Positions 39,561-54,109 of a DNA stretch of 64,000 nucleotides are shown here, piece by piece (within the stretch, counting starts at the first letter, position 1; every line of letters starts with the position of its first letter). A model generated the notes under the pieces. The model made no database searches and was not told where the DNA came from. It saw nothing but the letters and a program-made list of their open reading frames with translations. The position numbers and the translations under genes were made by a program. Source of the DNA: Phoronis australis (taxonomy: Eukaryota > Animalia > Phoronida); assembly GCA_002633005.1 (NCBI GenBank), contig NMRA01000555.1:1-64000 (forward strand). The letters are read 5' to 3'.

Positions 39561-39899
39561 ACTTATATTAATGTACTGTCTACAACCCAGATGTATTGCT
39601 TTGCCATTTTTCTTGTATGTTCTGTGTATTCTTCAATAATTTATACATCTTTGAAACAACACTTATTGGTTACCATCTGGTGCACGCCCAAGGTACGATA
39701 TCCATGCGACATGTATTGTTATGTCAATCTAAGACGCAATAAAGGAAAACAAATATGCGACCGATCGGCGACAACCATACCTCCAGTTGCTTTGGCTAGT
39801 GGTGGACTTAGCCTCTGTATATCTTGTCGTCCGAATGTTTTAGAGACTTACGAAGAAAGTATGTTGTCACGAAAACAAATGATTTCTGTGCCTTTTGCC

Positions 39900-40240
39900 A
39901 TTGAAAAATTGTGGTTATACCTCAAAACTAATCATTCATTTGATATGACAATGCATTACATAAGAATTTGACCGACAGAAAATTTCATTTGAATATGTGT
40001 AAAGAAATCCTCATAAGAAAAATGCAAGGTATTAGCTACGGTACAATCAAAATAACGTTCATTTGTCGAGTTCATGTCTGTAATCCCGTTCACCAGGGAG
40101 GACATAATCGACCTTTTACTAAAAACGGAGTCAGGTATGTTATTTCGTCGTCTTTTTGTCCTAGATGCTGTGCAGTGAAACATTCCGGAGGAACAAACCC
40201 GATTGCCAAATATCAAAAAATATTAAAGACAGATTAATTG
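39900..40240 (+). mobile_element. Possible piggyBac-like transposase C-terminal remnant
   Basis: LTDRKFHLNMCKEIL...CRVHVC...RPFTKNGVRYVISSSFCPRC loosely resembles the Cys-rich C-terminal domain. Confidence 0.3.
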
Positions 40241-41649
40241 TACTTGCTGTCTCAGCGATCCCAGATATTGGAAAATTTTTCATTTTAGTACATTTGAGGT
40301 GTAGAAAATATAACTAATAGACTAGATGACAATGTTCTTATTTTAGGCGATGAAAGTTAAATACTTTGTCAATACTTGAGTCAAGTTTCATTCTCATAGC
40401 AGTGTGGGCAGATTTGGTACAGCAGTGGACACAATATAACCTCAAAATGGCATAACGGGGTAGTGTAGTAAAACTACTAAACGAGGATGGTAAATCAGTA
40501 TCTTTTTACAAGACATCTATATAGCAATCCATTGGCATCACGAAGCAATGCCAAGTGAAATGTGATTCAATGCTTTTCATTCAAAAGACATGGCTGCGAA
40601 GCCGTCGAATGTTTTTGAGCCTATACCTTTGGTAGAACATGTTTTTGGGAAATATTTTACCACTGTTTGTAGACCCCATAGCACTACCTAGGTGTCAAAT
40701 TTGGTGGAAATCGGCTGACCCCCACCTTGCCGCTGGATGACTGGTGCTGCCTTGGATTAGGATCTAGTTGTCGTTCCACGAGTGCACCAAAAGGTCGATT
40801 CTAGGGTGGCCGACTCAGATTTTGAAAACAAAATTGTGCGTACTTACATCCTGGTGGGATATGCTCAAAATGTTTACTAGAATTTGCCATTACATTTTAA
40901 GTTAGAGCAACATGAATATTTTGGCTCGAAAGGGATCATTTTTTCCAAAGAGGATCAGTTAGTGAAGTTGCTTTAAAACGGCTTGAAAGAACAGAGAAGA
41001 AAACTTTTAAAAATATTGAAGTAGACATTGAACCTCTTTATCAGAAGACGGTCTTTGAATTTTCAAAGGAGTTTTCGCTAATCTTCAAAGGAGTGCCAAA
41101 ATTCGGTTAATTTTGCCCAATTTTGTGTTTTTGATTTTAGCCATTTTTGAGGTGCTCTAGGGGCCTGTGTGTTGGATGCTGGTGATTTCCAATGATATAT
41201 TTCATCAGTTTGCTGTCTGACTTAGACAATAAAAAAATGAAATATGGACTTTTTGTTTTGTTTAAGCAACAGACGAAAGAAAAGGCATACCATCGCGTAT
41301 TTTTTGGCTTCAAAACGGAATTGATTTGTCATGCATTGCACTTGCCATGCTGTATTCATTCATTGTATACGAGCTTTATGGCGAATGTTGGTTCGAGCTT
41401 TGACCCTTTATTTTTGTTCGGAAGATTAGAAGCATTCTACCAATAAAATTGTCTGGCATGTAATAGTTGTTGCCCGTGGGCTGTTGTGGAACACGTTGTT
41501 CTTGGTTTCAGTCGGTTACTTGACAGGTTTATCTACATCGTAGCTCAACTCTGAGATTTGGGCGTGTCAGGTGGCGTTAAACCATCATTATCTTTGCCTG
41601 GAAGTGTTCATGCACGATACCTTTTATTTTAAATATTTTCAACCGATTT

Positions 41650-44100
41650 TATGGTGTTACCTTTTGATTGATCTAGCTCAATTTTTGGTGCCCATTATTT
41701 TCGTCTAGTAGTGGCATCCCACCACTTAAAATTTCTGCTGTACAACTGTTGGGTCGCGTGGAGTGATGCTGGATATTATGCAGTTGGTCTCAAGCGGTTA
41801 CCTGGTTGGTTGACCTATCTCAACTCGGACAGTTGGGCGTGTCTGGCGAGGGTAATCCACCACCGTATTTGTCAGGCAGTTTTCATTCATGGTACATTGG
41901 TCTATTTTGTCCCTTACAGACGATGTTCTAAGTCGAAGACATAGTCACAAGTGTTTCGTACTTCTGGAGTTTCGAAGCCTGTCCACAATTCTTAAAGCAC
42001 CTGCCTGTGCACATTTCTCCCATACAACTGTTCATATGGTGCGAAACCTGTGCTCATTTGTACCTCTCGATAGACAAACAATACTTCAAGCATATGCCGG
42101 TTCCAGTATGGTTGACGCTCTTGGCACATGTTCTTAAACACAATCTTTAATACACCCTTAATACAGTGACATAATCCATTGCATGTCGGATTGTATGGAG
42201 CGGTGAAAACTTGCGTCGTGGATATTAGCCGAGGAACTTCTTCCAGCAGAGGTAAACTGTGTATCATAGTTACTAAGCACCTCTCGTGGAAAGCCTACTC
42301 TACAGAAGGTTTCAAACATTGCTTCCGTGGTTCGCTCAACGTCCATTCGGGGTAGAGATACTACCTTTCAGTGTCTTGTGAATAGTCCACGATGGTGGAA
42401 ATGTATCGGTTGTCTCTGTCCGTGATTGACGACATAAGACCAATCCAATCAACAGTGATACACTAGAGTGGTTCTTCAATAAGTGACATCTAACCCAAAG
42501 GCACTTAAGTGATCTTGCTCATGGGAGTTGTCCGCTGGCAGATGTCACATGATCTGCAAAAACGATTTACGGCATTTCCAACTCTTGTTCAATAAAAGTT
42601 ACTCCTTCAAACCAAGACGCCCATCAACAATTGACTTGTGAGCTAGCGTCATGACCTGTTGTCGAAATTTAGCAGGAACAACTATCTGATTCCACTCAAT
42701 GGTGATATCAGCATACACACGGAACAGGGCCTCCTTTACCTTATCTTACCAGTATTGACCTCTTCCACGTGTTCTTGCTGGCTTGTCTTTCTCAACCAGT
42801 CCCATGAGGTCACGTAAGGAAGGACTGCGTTGTTGCTCGTATTCGAACTTCTTGAAGTCGAGACTTTCCACGCCAGATGTTGTAACCTCCAAAAGCTTAA
42901 TGTTTTTTCTCTATTAGCCTGTGCTCTGGTAATGACTGCAGACATGACACCACCTTTTGGCTGTCGGTTGGGAACATGATCTTTGTTGACGCCAACAGCA
43001 TTCCCTATGATGAGCTCGTAAACCGGTGTGTGCGTATACATTACCTCGACTTCACCCACAAAGTACGGTGTGTTAACCTCAATCTTCGCTATGGGAAAGG
43101 ATTGGGCTGTCTTATCTACTACCACGGGGATGTGTTGTTTCCCCGTCAGTTGATTTTCTATGACAAGGGACTTATTCAGCGCCACACTACTACAACCGGT
43201 GCGTACCTTGATCTCGTTGACGTAACTTTCACAAACGAGTATATTGTGTGCGTATTACAGGAACCTGTCTCAACGTTATCAATGTAGCATCATCTAACTT
43301 CGGGCATCCTTCAACTATGAGCTGCTCTACCGGACTACCCGTCGCTACCACAGCTTGATACCTTTCCGCCTTCTTGGTGTTTGTCCATTCTTGTTGCGAG
43401 ACCGACGACTGGTCACCTGCAGCGGACCTTCTGGACTAGGAGTGTTTTATCCTGCAGTCCTTGTCTAAATGACCCTTTCTATGACACGTGCAAAAATCTA
43501 TTTCACCCTTGTTTCTGGTCGTGGACAAAGGAGGATTCTCTGCTGCTCTCTGTTCCTCTGTGTTGCTTGGCGATGCCTAACTATTGGCCACCTGGCCCAA
43601 GTCTTTCTTTGCGATCCCCATGTCCAATAAACCAGTGCAGTGGGTTTCCTTGTGCTGTTGAACAATGGCCGACATCTTCTCGAAGGTGTTCGGTTTCCGT
43701 TCCCTCAGGAATACAGAACTCTCAAAATGGCACACCGCCAGAAACTGCTCTGGAATATGCAAGTTTCTGAGTCCATCATATGTCTCTTCGACCTCCGCCG
43801 GTTATGTCCATCGGTCAAAGAACCGTTTCAGTCTTGCCCCGTATTGGAACACGTTTTTAATCCTTTTCAGGATTGGACACTCTGAATTTCCGTCGGTACT
43901 ATCTTCCGCTCTGCTTATTCCCGTTCAAGCTCTGTCTTTTCCAGATCTTTTTTATGAACACACTCTGCTTATTCCGGCATGTGTAAGCTTTGCCTGTTCG
44001 AAATCTTGTTTATGAACACGCTCTGCTCGTTCCTGTGCAAGCTTTGAAGCTTTGTTCGTTCCAGCTAGCATTTATGTGTACAATCTTCACGCTCCAAGGC
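41650..44100 (-). mobile_element. Degenerate Gypsy LTR retrotransposon of Gmr1-like organisation (gag-PR-IN)
   Basis: SCAN-like EQFL..FLRERKP; PIAKIEVNTPYFVGEVEV..PVYELIIGN protease; FCRSCDICQR zinc finger; FCRVGFPREVLS..TQFTS and STGFAPYEQLYGR integrase, with no RT between PR and IN. Confidence 0.75.
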
Positions 44101-45026
44101 CTGCCGGTATAACCAAACTGTTTTCCTTGCGCAATATACTTTCCAAAATCGATTTTGAAGTAAGGGTATTATTCGCAGAATGTACTTTATTAATTGATAA
44201 TGAAATGGTAATTCCTGGATTCATAACAATTCAGCACAGTCACGTAAACCTTAATTTAAAACTCTTCCGGACTGGCCCCCAAATGTCGAAGTTGATTATG
44301 AGTTTAGTTCAAAAGGTATTTATGCTGCATGGTTGCGTGCGTATGGAGAGAGAATGACTAAATCCAGTCATTAATTTATCTATTAACGACTAATTAATAG
44401 AAGTGAAGCACTAATTCAGTACTCTAACAAGGAAGAACCTCGTTGAAAACACCGAATAGAACTATTGGAATAAATACCAATTCGTGTAATTCATTCTAGT
44501 TTTTTCACAGGACAATGTTCAGCTAACTGCGTAGTATCATATCATCAAGGAGTGGAAACGGTCCCGGAACAGCACGCAAATCCCCAGTTTTGCATCCCTA
44601 AACTCGACACAGGCATTGAAATTATGCGCGGCAGACGCCAGTCGGGTTAATCATTCTTTGTTTTGATGTGTGTTACGATACTTGACGTAGCATTCAGGAT
44701 CTTTTCGTACGTCAAAAAGTATTATTAATGTTTGGAATGATTTGTAACAGGTTTAGCAATGGCAATTACACCAATGAATGCTGAATGTTTATGCTGTTAC
44801 TTTGATATTGGTTATTAGTGAGGTAATATTACATTCCAAGCTCAAAGGGTTCGGGACAAATCAGAGTATTTGTTTACTCCCTATCCTATGTCTTCGGGAA
44901 ATATATTACACGCCGACATGGAAATATATCAGGTATGTTTTCACCTGATCTTTGGTTTTTAGGCTTGAGGGCTAGTACTGTGCAGGGGAGATATGCATCG
45001 CTTCTTCAACAGTTCCTGAATGGACA

Positions 45027-48000
45027 AAAATTAGTTTTAAGCTTCTGACTGCAGCTAACCAGCAAGATCTTCCTATCCAGTGCAGATCTATTGTCAAAAC
45101 CTGTTTTCTATATCGGAGACAAAGAAAAAAGCCATTGAGAAGGGGTAGCTATTTTTAAAGACATGTATGTAAGTGTTTTGTTAATGTCCTTATTCAGGCT
45201 GACATACATGTACGGGTTGTGGTTGTAAAATTTGGTGCAACTGAATGTGTGGAAACAACAGGTAATAGCGTTCGTGGGAAAGAGCATGGTGAGGTAATTT
45301 TGAGCGTTCATGAAGTTCTTCCACATTTCATGAAAAGGTTTTGCTATCTATTGAAAACCCACAAAAATATATACCAGTTCTTGAATTCTGAATGACTGAC
45401 CAGTCTTAACTAATACATTGAAAAGCTGCAAGTCATTTATAAATTCATGTGACTGCCATTTTTGTGAAAACTGCATTTTTGCTGTGAAAATAAGTGAGGT
45501 CGTATTTGAACATATTATTCTTACTGCCAACATACAGGCAATGGTGCCTCTGGATTTTTAATTACTCTTAAACAACAGAAAGATTATCCATCATTTTTAA
45601 ATAAGCCAAGTCTTCATATCTTCTATTAGATGAAGAATAAAAAATCTGAGGAACGGTTCCTTCAGCCATAGACCTTAAGTGTGCTTAACAGACTCGTGAA
45701 TCTGTAGTTGGCGTTTAAAGTTGCTGAAAGTATCAGAAATCAAAAGGCTTGAAAATGGGTGCCAAAGGTTTGAAATTGTCTCAGAAAACTTGCACATGTT
45801 GCAGACAAGTGATGCGTTTGAAGAATTGTCATGCCTCGGAATGAAAACTAAAGACGCAGTTCTATACGCTACTTAATATATATACCCTTGGTTTATGGAA
45901 ATAGTAATTCTCTAATTTTTTGTGAAATTGAAGAGCAATTGCCATATCATATTTTTGAAAAAATAGGGGCAACATTTTTATCCAACCTGAAGTACTTAAT
46001 TATTCATGTTTCAGTTTTTGTTCCAGGTTCAGCGACATTGTTAAGGTCACTTCAAGCCACAACATATACAACCTTTGTTACTCTTTTCTCTTCCCACATT
46101 ATGCCCACACACCAGCAGTGCTACGTGGCACAATATACAAGCCAGTGGCCTTTGAGAAATGTGAACAGCAGTAATAAGTTACCATAATGAAATGTGCCAG
46201 TGGATTGTTTGTGAGTGAAGAGGTACTGTATCTGACTGCTACACCAATCGGCCTCCTTGGTGAAGATGACCTTTCTATAGGCAATGAGTTATGTGTGAAC
46301 AATGGCTTATTTCCTGTCCTCTAAGAATCACAAGGGACTCTAGCTCAAGAAGACCTGCATATATTAACACTCTGGTCTAGTCTAGGGTCAGATTATGGAC
46401 ACAAAGCGAGTCAAGTGATATGCTGTTGTGTTTACCTTTAAGGATCCAATTTTGGATGTTGTTGAGGCTGAATGAGGCTCCATTAAGGAAAGCCACGTGC
46501 CGAAAGTGAACCTTTCCTAAAAGCGCTTCTTGAGGCTATTGAACCTACGTCCCAGTGAAATGAAAACCAAAAGCATCTGACATTCTTTTCCTTTCTCAAT
46601 GAGTGACATTAACTTTTCCTTTAAGAGGAAAGGATTTATACTGATGGTAAAAACTTTTCAATTCCATATGATGATGCTAAAATGACTGCATCGTTTGCCT
46701 TATTGTCAGTGGAAAACCCGTTTGTGTTTCACTTTGATGATGGAATAAATTTTTCATCAAAATGCAAGTTTGTCAATAATTATTCAAACCACATTATTTC
46801 TTCAGTTTTAAAGCCATATGCAGTACAATTTTGCTGTTTCTTTATAAAGTTGAAACGATTGCCGATTACGCTTGCGAATTGTCATTCTCCTGTTGAGTTA
46901 GAGAAATGTGCGACGACCAAAACGTAGTATTCCCTTTCGTTTGCATTTGATTTGTTTATGTGTGTAACTATTTTTAGAGCATTCTTAAGAAGGCCATTGA
47001 ACAGTTTTAAGTTTTGTGTTAACATGTCTGTGAAAAATGTTCCACAGCCAGGCAAAGTATGTTTTCAATCGTAGCTAGCTGGCTACAGTTCTGCTATGCA
47101 CAAGATTCGAGAATAAACAATAATCAGTGTTAGTATTTAAAAACAAAATGGCCATCTTTTCAACCACTTACAGACAAAAGAACAACACTGTTAAAAATGT
47201 AGTTTTCCTGATGCATAATCAGGCATATCAAGGCCTGAATTTCTGAATTAGGTTCAATTCTCTCACGTTATTGCTTAAGGACTGCTTTTCACTTTGTCGA
47301 AAGGTAAAATTGACGGTAAGGCGGCTGGTTTCAGTTGTTTTCTTTCACATGTAATAGAACATTCAGGGAAATATTAGCAAATTATAAAAGAAAACACAAG
47401 ACAAAACTGCTTTTGTAAGGCAGAATATAATTTATTTTTCAACTTCATTTTTATAGGTAGAAACTAATAATGTTATTTAAGATCTAAATTAAACATGNAA
47501 AATTAGTTTTAAGCTTCTGACTGCAGCTAACCAGCAAGATCTTCCTATCCAGTGCAGATCTATTGTCAAAACCTATTTTCTATATCGGAGACAAAGAAAA
47601 AAGCCATTGAGAAGGGGTAGCTATTTTTAAAGACATGTATGTAAGTGTTTTGTTAATGTCCTTATTCAGGCTGACATACATGTACGGGTTGTGCTTGTAA
47701 AATTTGGTGCAACTGAATGTGTGGAAACAACAGGTAATAGCGTTCGTGGGAAAGAGCATGGTGGGGTAATTTTGAGCGTTCATGAAGTTCTTCCACATTT
47801 CATGAAAAGGTTTTGCTATCTATTGAAAACCCACAAAAATATATACCAGTTCTTGAATTCTGAATGACTGAACAGTCTTAACTAATACATTGAAAAGCTG
47901 CAAGTCATTTATAAATTCATGTGACTGCCATTTTTGTGAAAACTGCATTTTTGCTGTGAAAATAAGTGAGGTCGTATTTGAACATATTATTCTTACTGCC

Positions 48001-49969
48001 AACATACAGGCAATGGTGCCTTTGGATTTTTAATTACTCTTAAACAACAGAAAGATTATCCATCATTTTTAAATAAGCCAAGTCTTCATATCTTCTATTA
48101 GATGAAGAATAAAAAATCTGAGGAACGGTTCCTTCAGCCATAGACCTTAAGTGTGCTTAACAGACTCGTGAATATGTAGTTGGCGTTTAAAGTTGCTGAA
48201 AGTATCAGAAATCAAAAGGCTTGAAAATGGGTGCCAAAGGTTTGAAATTGTCTCAGAAAACTTGCACATGTTGCAGACAAGTGATGCGTTTGAAGAATTG
48301 TCATGCCTCGGAATGAAAACTAAAGACGCAGTTCTATACGCTACTTAATATATATACCCTTGGTTTCTGGAAATAGTAATTCTCTAATTTTTTGTGAAAT
48401 TGAAGAGCAATTGCCATGTCATATTTTTGAAAAAATAGGGGCAACATTTTTATCCAACCTGAAGTACTTAATTATTCATGTTTCAGTTTTTGTTCCAGGT
48501 TCAGCGACATTGTTGAGGTCACTTCAAGTCACAACATATACAAGCTTTGTTACTCTTTTCTCTTCCCACATTATGCCCACACACCAGCAGTGCTACGTGG
48601 CACAATATACAAGCCAGTGGCCCTTGAGAAATGTGAACAGCAGTAATAAGTTACCATAATGAAATGTGCCAGTGGATTGTTTGTGAGTGAAGAGGTACTG
48701 TATCTGACTGCTACACCAATCGGCCTCCTTGGTGAAGATGACCTTTCTATAGGCAATGAGTTATGTGTGAACAATGGCTTATTTCCTGTCCTCTAAGAAA
48801 CACAAGGGACTCTAGCTCAAGAAGACCTGCATACATTAACACTCTGGTCTAGTCTAGGGTCAGATTATGGACACAAAGCGAGTCAAGTGATATGCTGTTG
48901 TGTTTACCTTTAAGGATCCAATTTTGAATGTTGTTGAGGCTGAATGAGGCTCCATTAAGGAAAGCCACGTGCCGAAAGTGAACCTTTCCTAAAAGCGCTT
49001 CTTGAGGCTATTGAACCTACGTCCCAGTGAAATGAAAACCAAAAGCATCTGACATTCTTGTCCTTTCTCAATGAGTGACATTAACTTTTCCTTTAAGAGG
49101 AAAGGATTTATACTGATGGTAAAAACTTTTCAATTCCATATGATGATGCTAAAATGACTGTATCGTTTGCCTTATTGTCAGTGGAAAACCCGTTTGTGTT
49201 TCACTTTGATGATGGAATAAATTTTTCATCAAAATGCAAGTTTGTCAATAATTATTCAAACCACATTATTTCTTCAGTTTTAAAGCCATATGCAGTACAG
49301 TTTTGCTGTTTCTTTATAAAGTTGAAACGATTGCCGATTACGCTTGCGAATTGTTATTCTCCTGTTGAGTTAGAGAAATGTGCGACGACCAAAACGTAGT
49401 ATTCCCTTTCGTTTGCATTTGATTTGTTTATGTGTGTAACTATTTCTAGAGCATTCTTAAGAAGGCCATTGAACAGTTTTAAGTTTTGTGTTAACATGTC
49501 TGTGAAAAATGTTCCACAGCCAGGCAAAGTATGTTTTCAATCGTAGCTAGCTGGCTACAGTTCTGCTATGCACAAGATTCGAGAATAAACAATAATCAGT
49601 GTTAGTATTTAAAAACAAAATGGCCATCTTTTCAACCACTTACAGACAAAAGAACAACACTGTTAAAAATGTAGTTTTCCTGATGCATAATCAGGCATAT
49701 CAAGGCCTGAATTTCTGAATTAGGTTCAATTCTCTCACGTTATTGCTTAAGGACTGCTTTTCACTTTGTCGAAAGGTAAAATTGACGGTAAGGCGGCTGG
49801 TTTCAGTTGTTTTCTTTCACATGTAATAGAACATTCAGGGAAATATTAGCAAATTATAAAAGAAAACACAAGACAAAACTGCTTTTGTAAGGCAGAATAT
49901 AATTTATTTTTCAACTTCATTTTTATAGGTAGAAACTAATAATGTTATTTAAGATCTAAATTAAACATG
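45027..49969. repeat. 2471-bp direct duplication separated by a single N (probable haplotype artefact)
   Basis: 45027-47497 vs 47499-49969 at a constant offset of 2472; roughly 20 substitutions counted by eye. Confidence 0.95.
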
Positions 49970-50712
49970 TGAAACAGGCTAAAAGTGATCATTGAGGAAT
50001 TTATCATTACACCTAAAATGTGTTTCTGATCTCAACAAACAATTTTCATTCTAGGTGCCAATATTTATTCCAATGCAATAATACGAAATAACTGAATAGC
50101 CCATTCATGTTAATTTAGCATTTAATCTGGTAGTCCTGGGGGTGAGGTCCGCAATAAAATCAGGACACTCACTCATCTAGAGACTTTTACTGGATATGTT
50201 ATAGCTTTGAAGAGTAATTGCTGTCAAAAGGTCACCTTTGACTTCTGAGCCGCACGTCCCATACTCCTCTTATAGTAGGAACACTCCCACCCAGAACAAT
50301 ATGTGTTGCTAGCCTACCATCCGGGTCCCGTCATTCAGTCAGGTACCTTGTGGGAATATCATAACTGAACGATGTGGGATAGAAACTAATCGTTAAAAAC
50401 TTACCAAGTAATGTGATTATGTAGTCTTTTAATGGAAATGCATAGAGCACACACGGGTCGTGTCACTTGGTTGACTTTTTTGACCGCAATTCTCCACGCC
50501 GGTAGTAACCTTAATTTTTTTTGGGAATTTGTGACCACCTGTGGAAGATTTACACCCGGGAAAATAGCAATGAAAAGACTTAGCGCAACTACGCACGTTG
50601 ATATCAATTCTGTTTTTTTACCAGCTGTTTACATGCAGACAGCGACGAATGCGCAATTTAGTCACCGTTAGCACAGCAGTGACGTCGCGAGGAGAATTCG
50701 TCGAACAGCCCC
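48841..50712 (-). mobile_element. Inverted, diverged relative of the 9319-11518 element
   Basis: 50600-50712 is the reverse complement of 9319-9430. Homology continues to actctggtctagt at 48841 (= 10848-10860). Confidence 0.75.
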
Positions 50713-50869
50713 AATTGGAAGCGTGGTGGCGCAGGGATAGAGCACGCGCAACCTGGAAGACACGTCGTTATTTGGAATCCGTGGCATTTACCGGTTTTTT
50801 CCGTAGTTAACCTCATGGACGTGCATTCGAAAAATGGAAATTTACAGGTGTTTTAGTAGAACAAAGAAC

Positions 50870-51161
50870 CGCCCGGGCGATTATTCGGAAAAGGGGGAGT
50901 GTAAACAGAAAGTTATAATTTTGCTGACTTTGACATGTTTTACCTAAAACTGTTTTTAAATTTTATTTTGATAAATGCAGAAGTCGCCAACACTTTTTTC
51001 GTTTTGATAAAGGATAAATCCTCCACAAAACTGAATTGATGTCAATGCTTAGTGGGCATTTGAGCAGCAATTTTCCGAATAAACATGCCCACTATCTAGG
51101 CAATTGACACCAGGAGTTGTAATACTTGCGTCATAATTTTCCGAATAACCGCCCGAGGGCG
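50870..51161. mobile_element. Small MITE-like inverted-repeat element
   Basis: cgcccgggcgattattcggaaaa / ttttccgaataaccgcccgagggcg; the core TATTCGGAAAA is shared with the ISL2EU-like TIR. Confidence 0.5.
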
Positions 51162-53798
51162 TTTCATCGGATGGCCATATCTACGGAAAATCTCGATGCG
51201 AATTTTCCAATTTTACATTCGTTCTCAGTGTATTTTTTTGTATTTGTTAATACTTCAGAAATCAAGGAAAATACTGTTTTCAGAAACAAAAACAACATTT
51301 TCTCAAACATTCGGCGCTGCTCTCCTTTATAATTGTGCTTTTCGCGATTTTTTGCGAGGCAAATTGTTGGACCCCGTTCATGTTATCCTAGATCCGCCAC
51401 TGAGACACTCAGCAATGCAACTGACAAGATGCACGGCAGCCAGAACGAACAAATACAGACATCTGTTTTTGGGTCTTAATGACAAGTATCACAACTTTCG
51501 AGGGCAACATCCCCACAGGCAGATGTGTGCTAAACTGACGAAAAATCAAAATGAAGTCTTAACTATGCCACGTTGGATACATGTAACAGTTTTTGGATTT
51601 TGAAGCTTTCATGAGTTATACAAATTCATGATGCAATCACCTACAAACTGATTTCATTCTACTCATTGACAGCAAAAACTCAGGTCCAAATGTCATTTAG
51701 TTCCCTGTAAGCAAGTTTTGAGCAGAAACGGAATTTTAAATCATGGCGTCCTTTTTTGCATAAATTAGGCAAATTTATCATGCAGCAGCGTGTAAATTTA
51801 TTTCATTCAACTTATTGATCACTGAAGCATGGGAGCAGATATTAGTATGAATTTACTTGTAGTGTCTGATAACATTTACAGTATAAGCACAAGTAGAATT
51901 TTCAATAATGAAATTTTGAATAATTGATACAAATTATATAAGTATCCACGCCAAACTAGCTCCATTATATTCACTGTCCATGGAAATATGTGTGGAAACA
52001 CCAATCTAATCCACCTGCAATGCTTGATGTAGTAGTAATAAGAAAAAAAAAGAATTTTGCATAATTACAGACTTAATTTGCTTATTTAAAAATGGTCACG
52101 ATTTTCAAGATTGCAACCCATCTAAAATGCTCCAGGAGGGGCACCTAGACATGAAACAACCGAAAAACCTTATATTGACAAGAATTTCTAGTTACCCATT
52201 TTTGGCTACTAGACTATTGGGCGCAAGTCGCAAACAGTTCTCAAGGAATGAATTTAACCACCATGGCTGGATGTTCCATAATTTGTTCTTCTGGTCTTCA
52301 TCTGTCAATGATAAGTTGTCAGTGAGGTGTGCGTTGTTCAAAATTTCGGAAAGCAAAGCATCATATCGTTAACCGGATCACACCCAGAATCAGACTCCCA
52401 ATATTCTTGTTTATTTGGCATTTTACGACCTCTCTTCGACGGTATATCCCCATCATTTTCTCTAGCTGCTTTGATAGGATCTTTGCTGGCACACCTTTTT
52501 GTGCGTGGCATACAGTGGCAATCAATAGTTGATTGGAAACCAGCCAATTATTGCTACAAGTTAAATCCAGAGTTGCAGTTTTGCAACAAAAGCAAGCCAA
52601 GAAAAGAAATTATTAATAAAAAGCTCGAATCATCCAAAGAAAGTTTTGAATAAAGTTTCTAAATTAGCTTTATTTCAAAGATAATCCTACATGTTTAGTG
52701 TTTACAGTATCCTTTTTGCATCACATTCACAGGTCACAACACCGGCCACTCATCTTGACTTTTATGTCTTATGTATTTTGTCCATTTATCCATAAATGGC
52801 GTTAGTCTATAGTTGTATATGTGGGCTTAGTCGAATGTGTATTGATTGAGATAATTACGGTCGTAAAACAACGCACCTGCTTAGCCTACAGTGTATTAGT
52901 TCAAAAGTAAAAAAAACGAAAAATGAGTAACTTAACCGATCAGCACGGCTGTAATTTTTAATTGAACATTAATTATTAGCCCACAATCGATCAATTATAA
53001 GAGAAACTAGCAAATAGGATGTCTTCAGCAACACAGATAAGCCACACTCGTTAATTTGTGAATCGATTATGACTTGCTAGTCATAGTCCGGCTTAAGCTC
53101 TCGTCGGCGTTGGGGGTAACAAAGCCTCAAATGTTACAGTTGCGTCATGAAAGGACATTTATTCCACAGGTGATTTAGTTTTCAAAATGCAACTCATTGT
53201 GTTTTAACGCTAGACATTGCGAGTTTAGTGCTCATGTGTGACTTGTCTTGCAAATCAACTTTTCATATCTTATTATTCTATGGCCTATTTCACTTACTTG
53301 AAAAAGACCGTTTCAATATAAACATTTTTTCATGAACGTGAAACTCATTTAACATGTTATATTCTGAAACCGAAATTGAACATTGGCAAAAACCCGAAAG
53401 ACAATAATCTTGTCAAACGGGTTCCTAGTGAGCAAATTTATGGAGTAAGTTCCTTTAAAAGTAAAGCAAATTTTAATTAGATAATACAAGTAATTATTAT
53501 TGCAAATGAAATTCATGCAATCTGCTATGTCATGCCATACAGTAACTGTGCAATTGTTAGCAATTTTCTGTTTAGTTCACATGAATGTCCAATGATCTCA
53601 TTGACGTTAGCAGTCCATGATTGTCCCATCTTTTCAGTTTAAGTCATGATATCCCTTGTTTGTAACAGATGACATTCTTTATAGACTGTCTCAATGCTCT
53701 GGTCGCAGGAAATTTTTATCTTGATGTGGGAGCAAAACTGACTCATTTGTTGAATAATGTCTATCAATACACTCAATAGTGCTAATTCCGTCTGAATA

Positions 53799-54099
53799 TG
53801 TGTCGTTGGGCAACTAGGTGAACGTTACGCCGTTAAAATAAGTGCATAATTTAATTACTATTAGATGCGTAACGTAATTATTTAGAGGAGTGAAGGAATT
53901 ATTTGCTACGCAAACTAAGTTTACTTTTCGTCGCCAATAATTACTTTGCGCCGCAAATAATTGCTTTACCCCGTTAAAAGTAACTTTACGCCGCAAGTAA
54001 TTACTTGAAGCCGCGCATACTTACTTTACACCTTCAACAAGAACTAACTTTCGCATGTAATTTAACGGCGTACCGCTCATCTAGTTGCCCAACGACACA
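53799..54099. mobile_element. MITE with ~40-bp TIRs enclosing a ~20-bp minisatellite
   Basis: tgtgtcgttgggcaactaggtgaacgttacgccgttaaa / tttaacggcgtaccgctcatctagttgcccaacgacaca, with internal ttactttacgccgcaaataa-like units. Confidence 0.75.
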
Positions 54100-54109
54100 A
54101 CGATCAATA

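Noticed and set aside
52338-52547. MPRTKR... ORF as a pogo/Tc1 transposase start
   Set aside because: Too short, with no recognisable domain.
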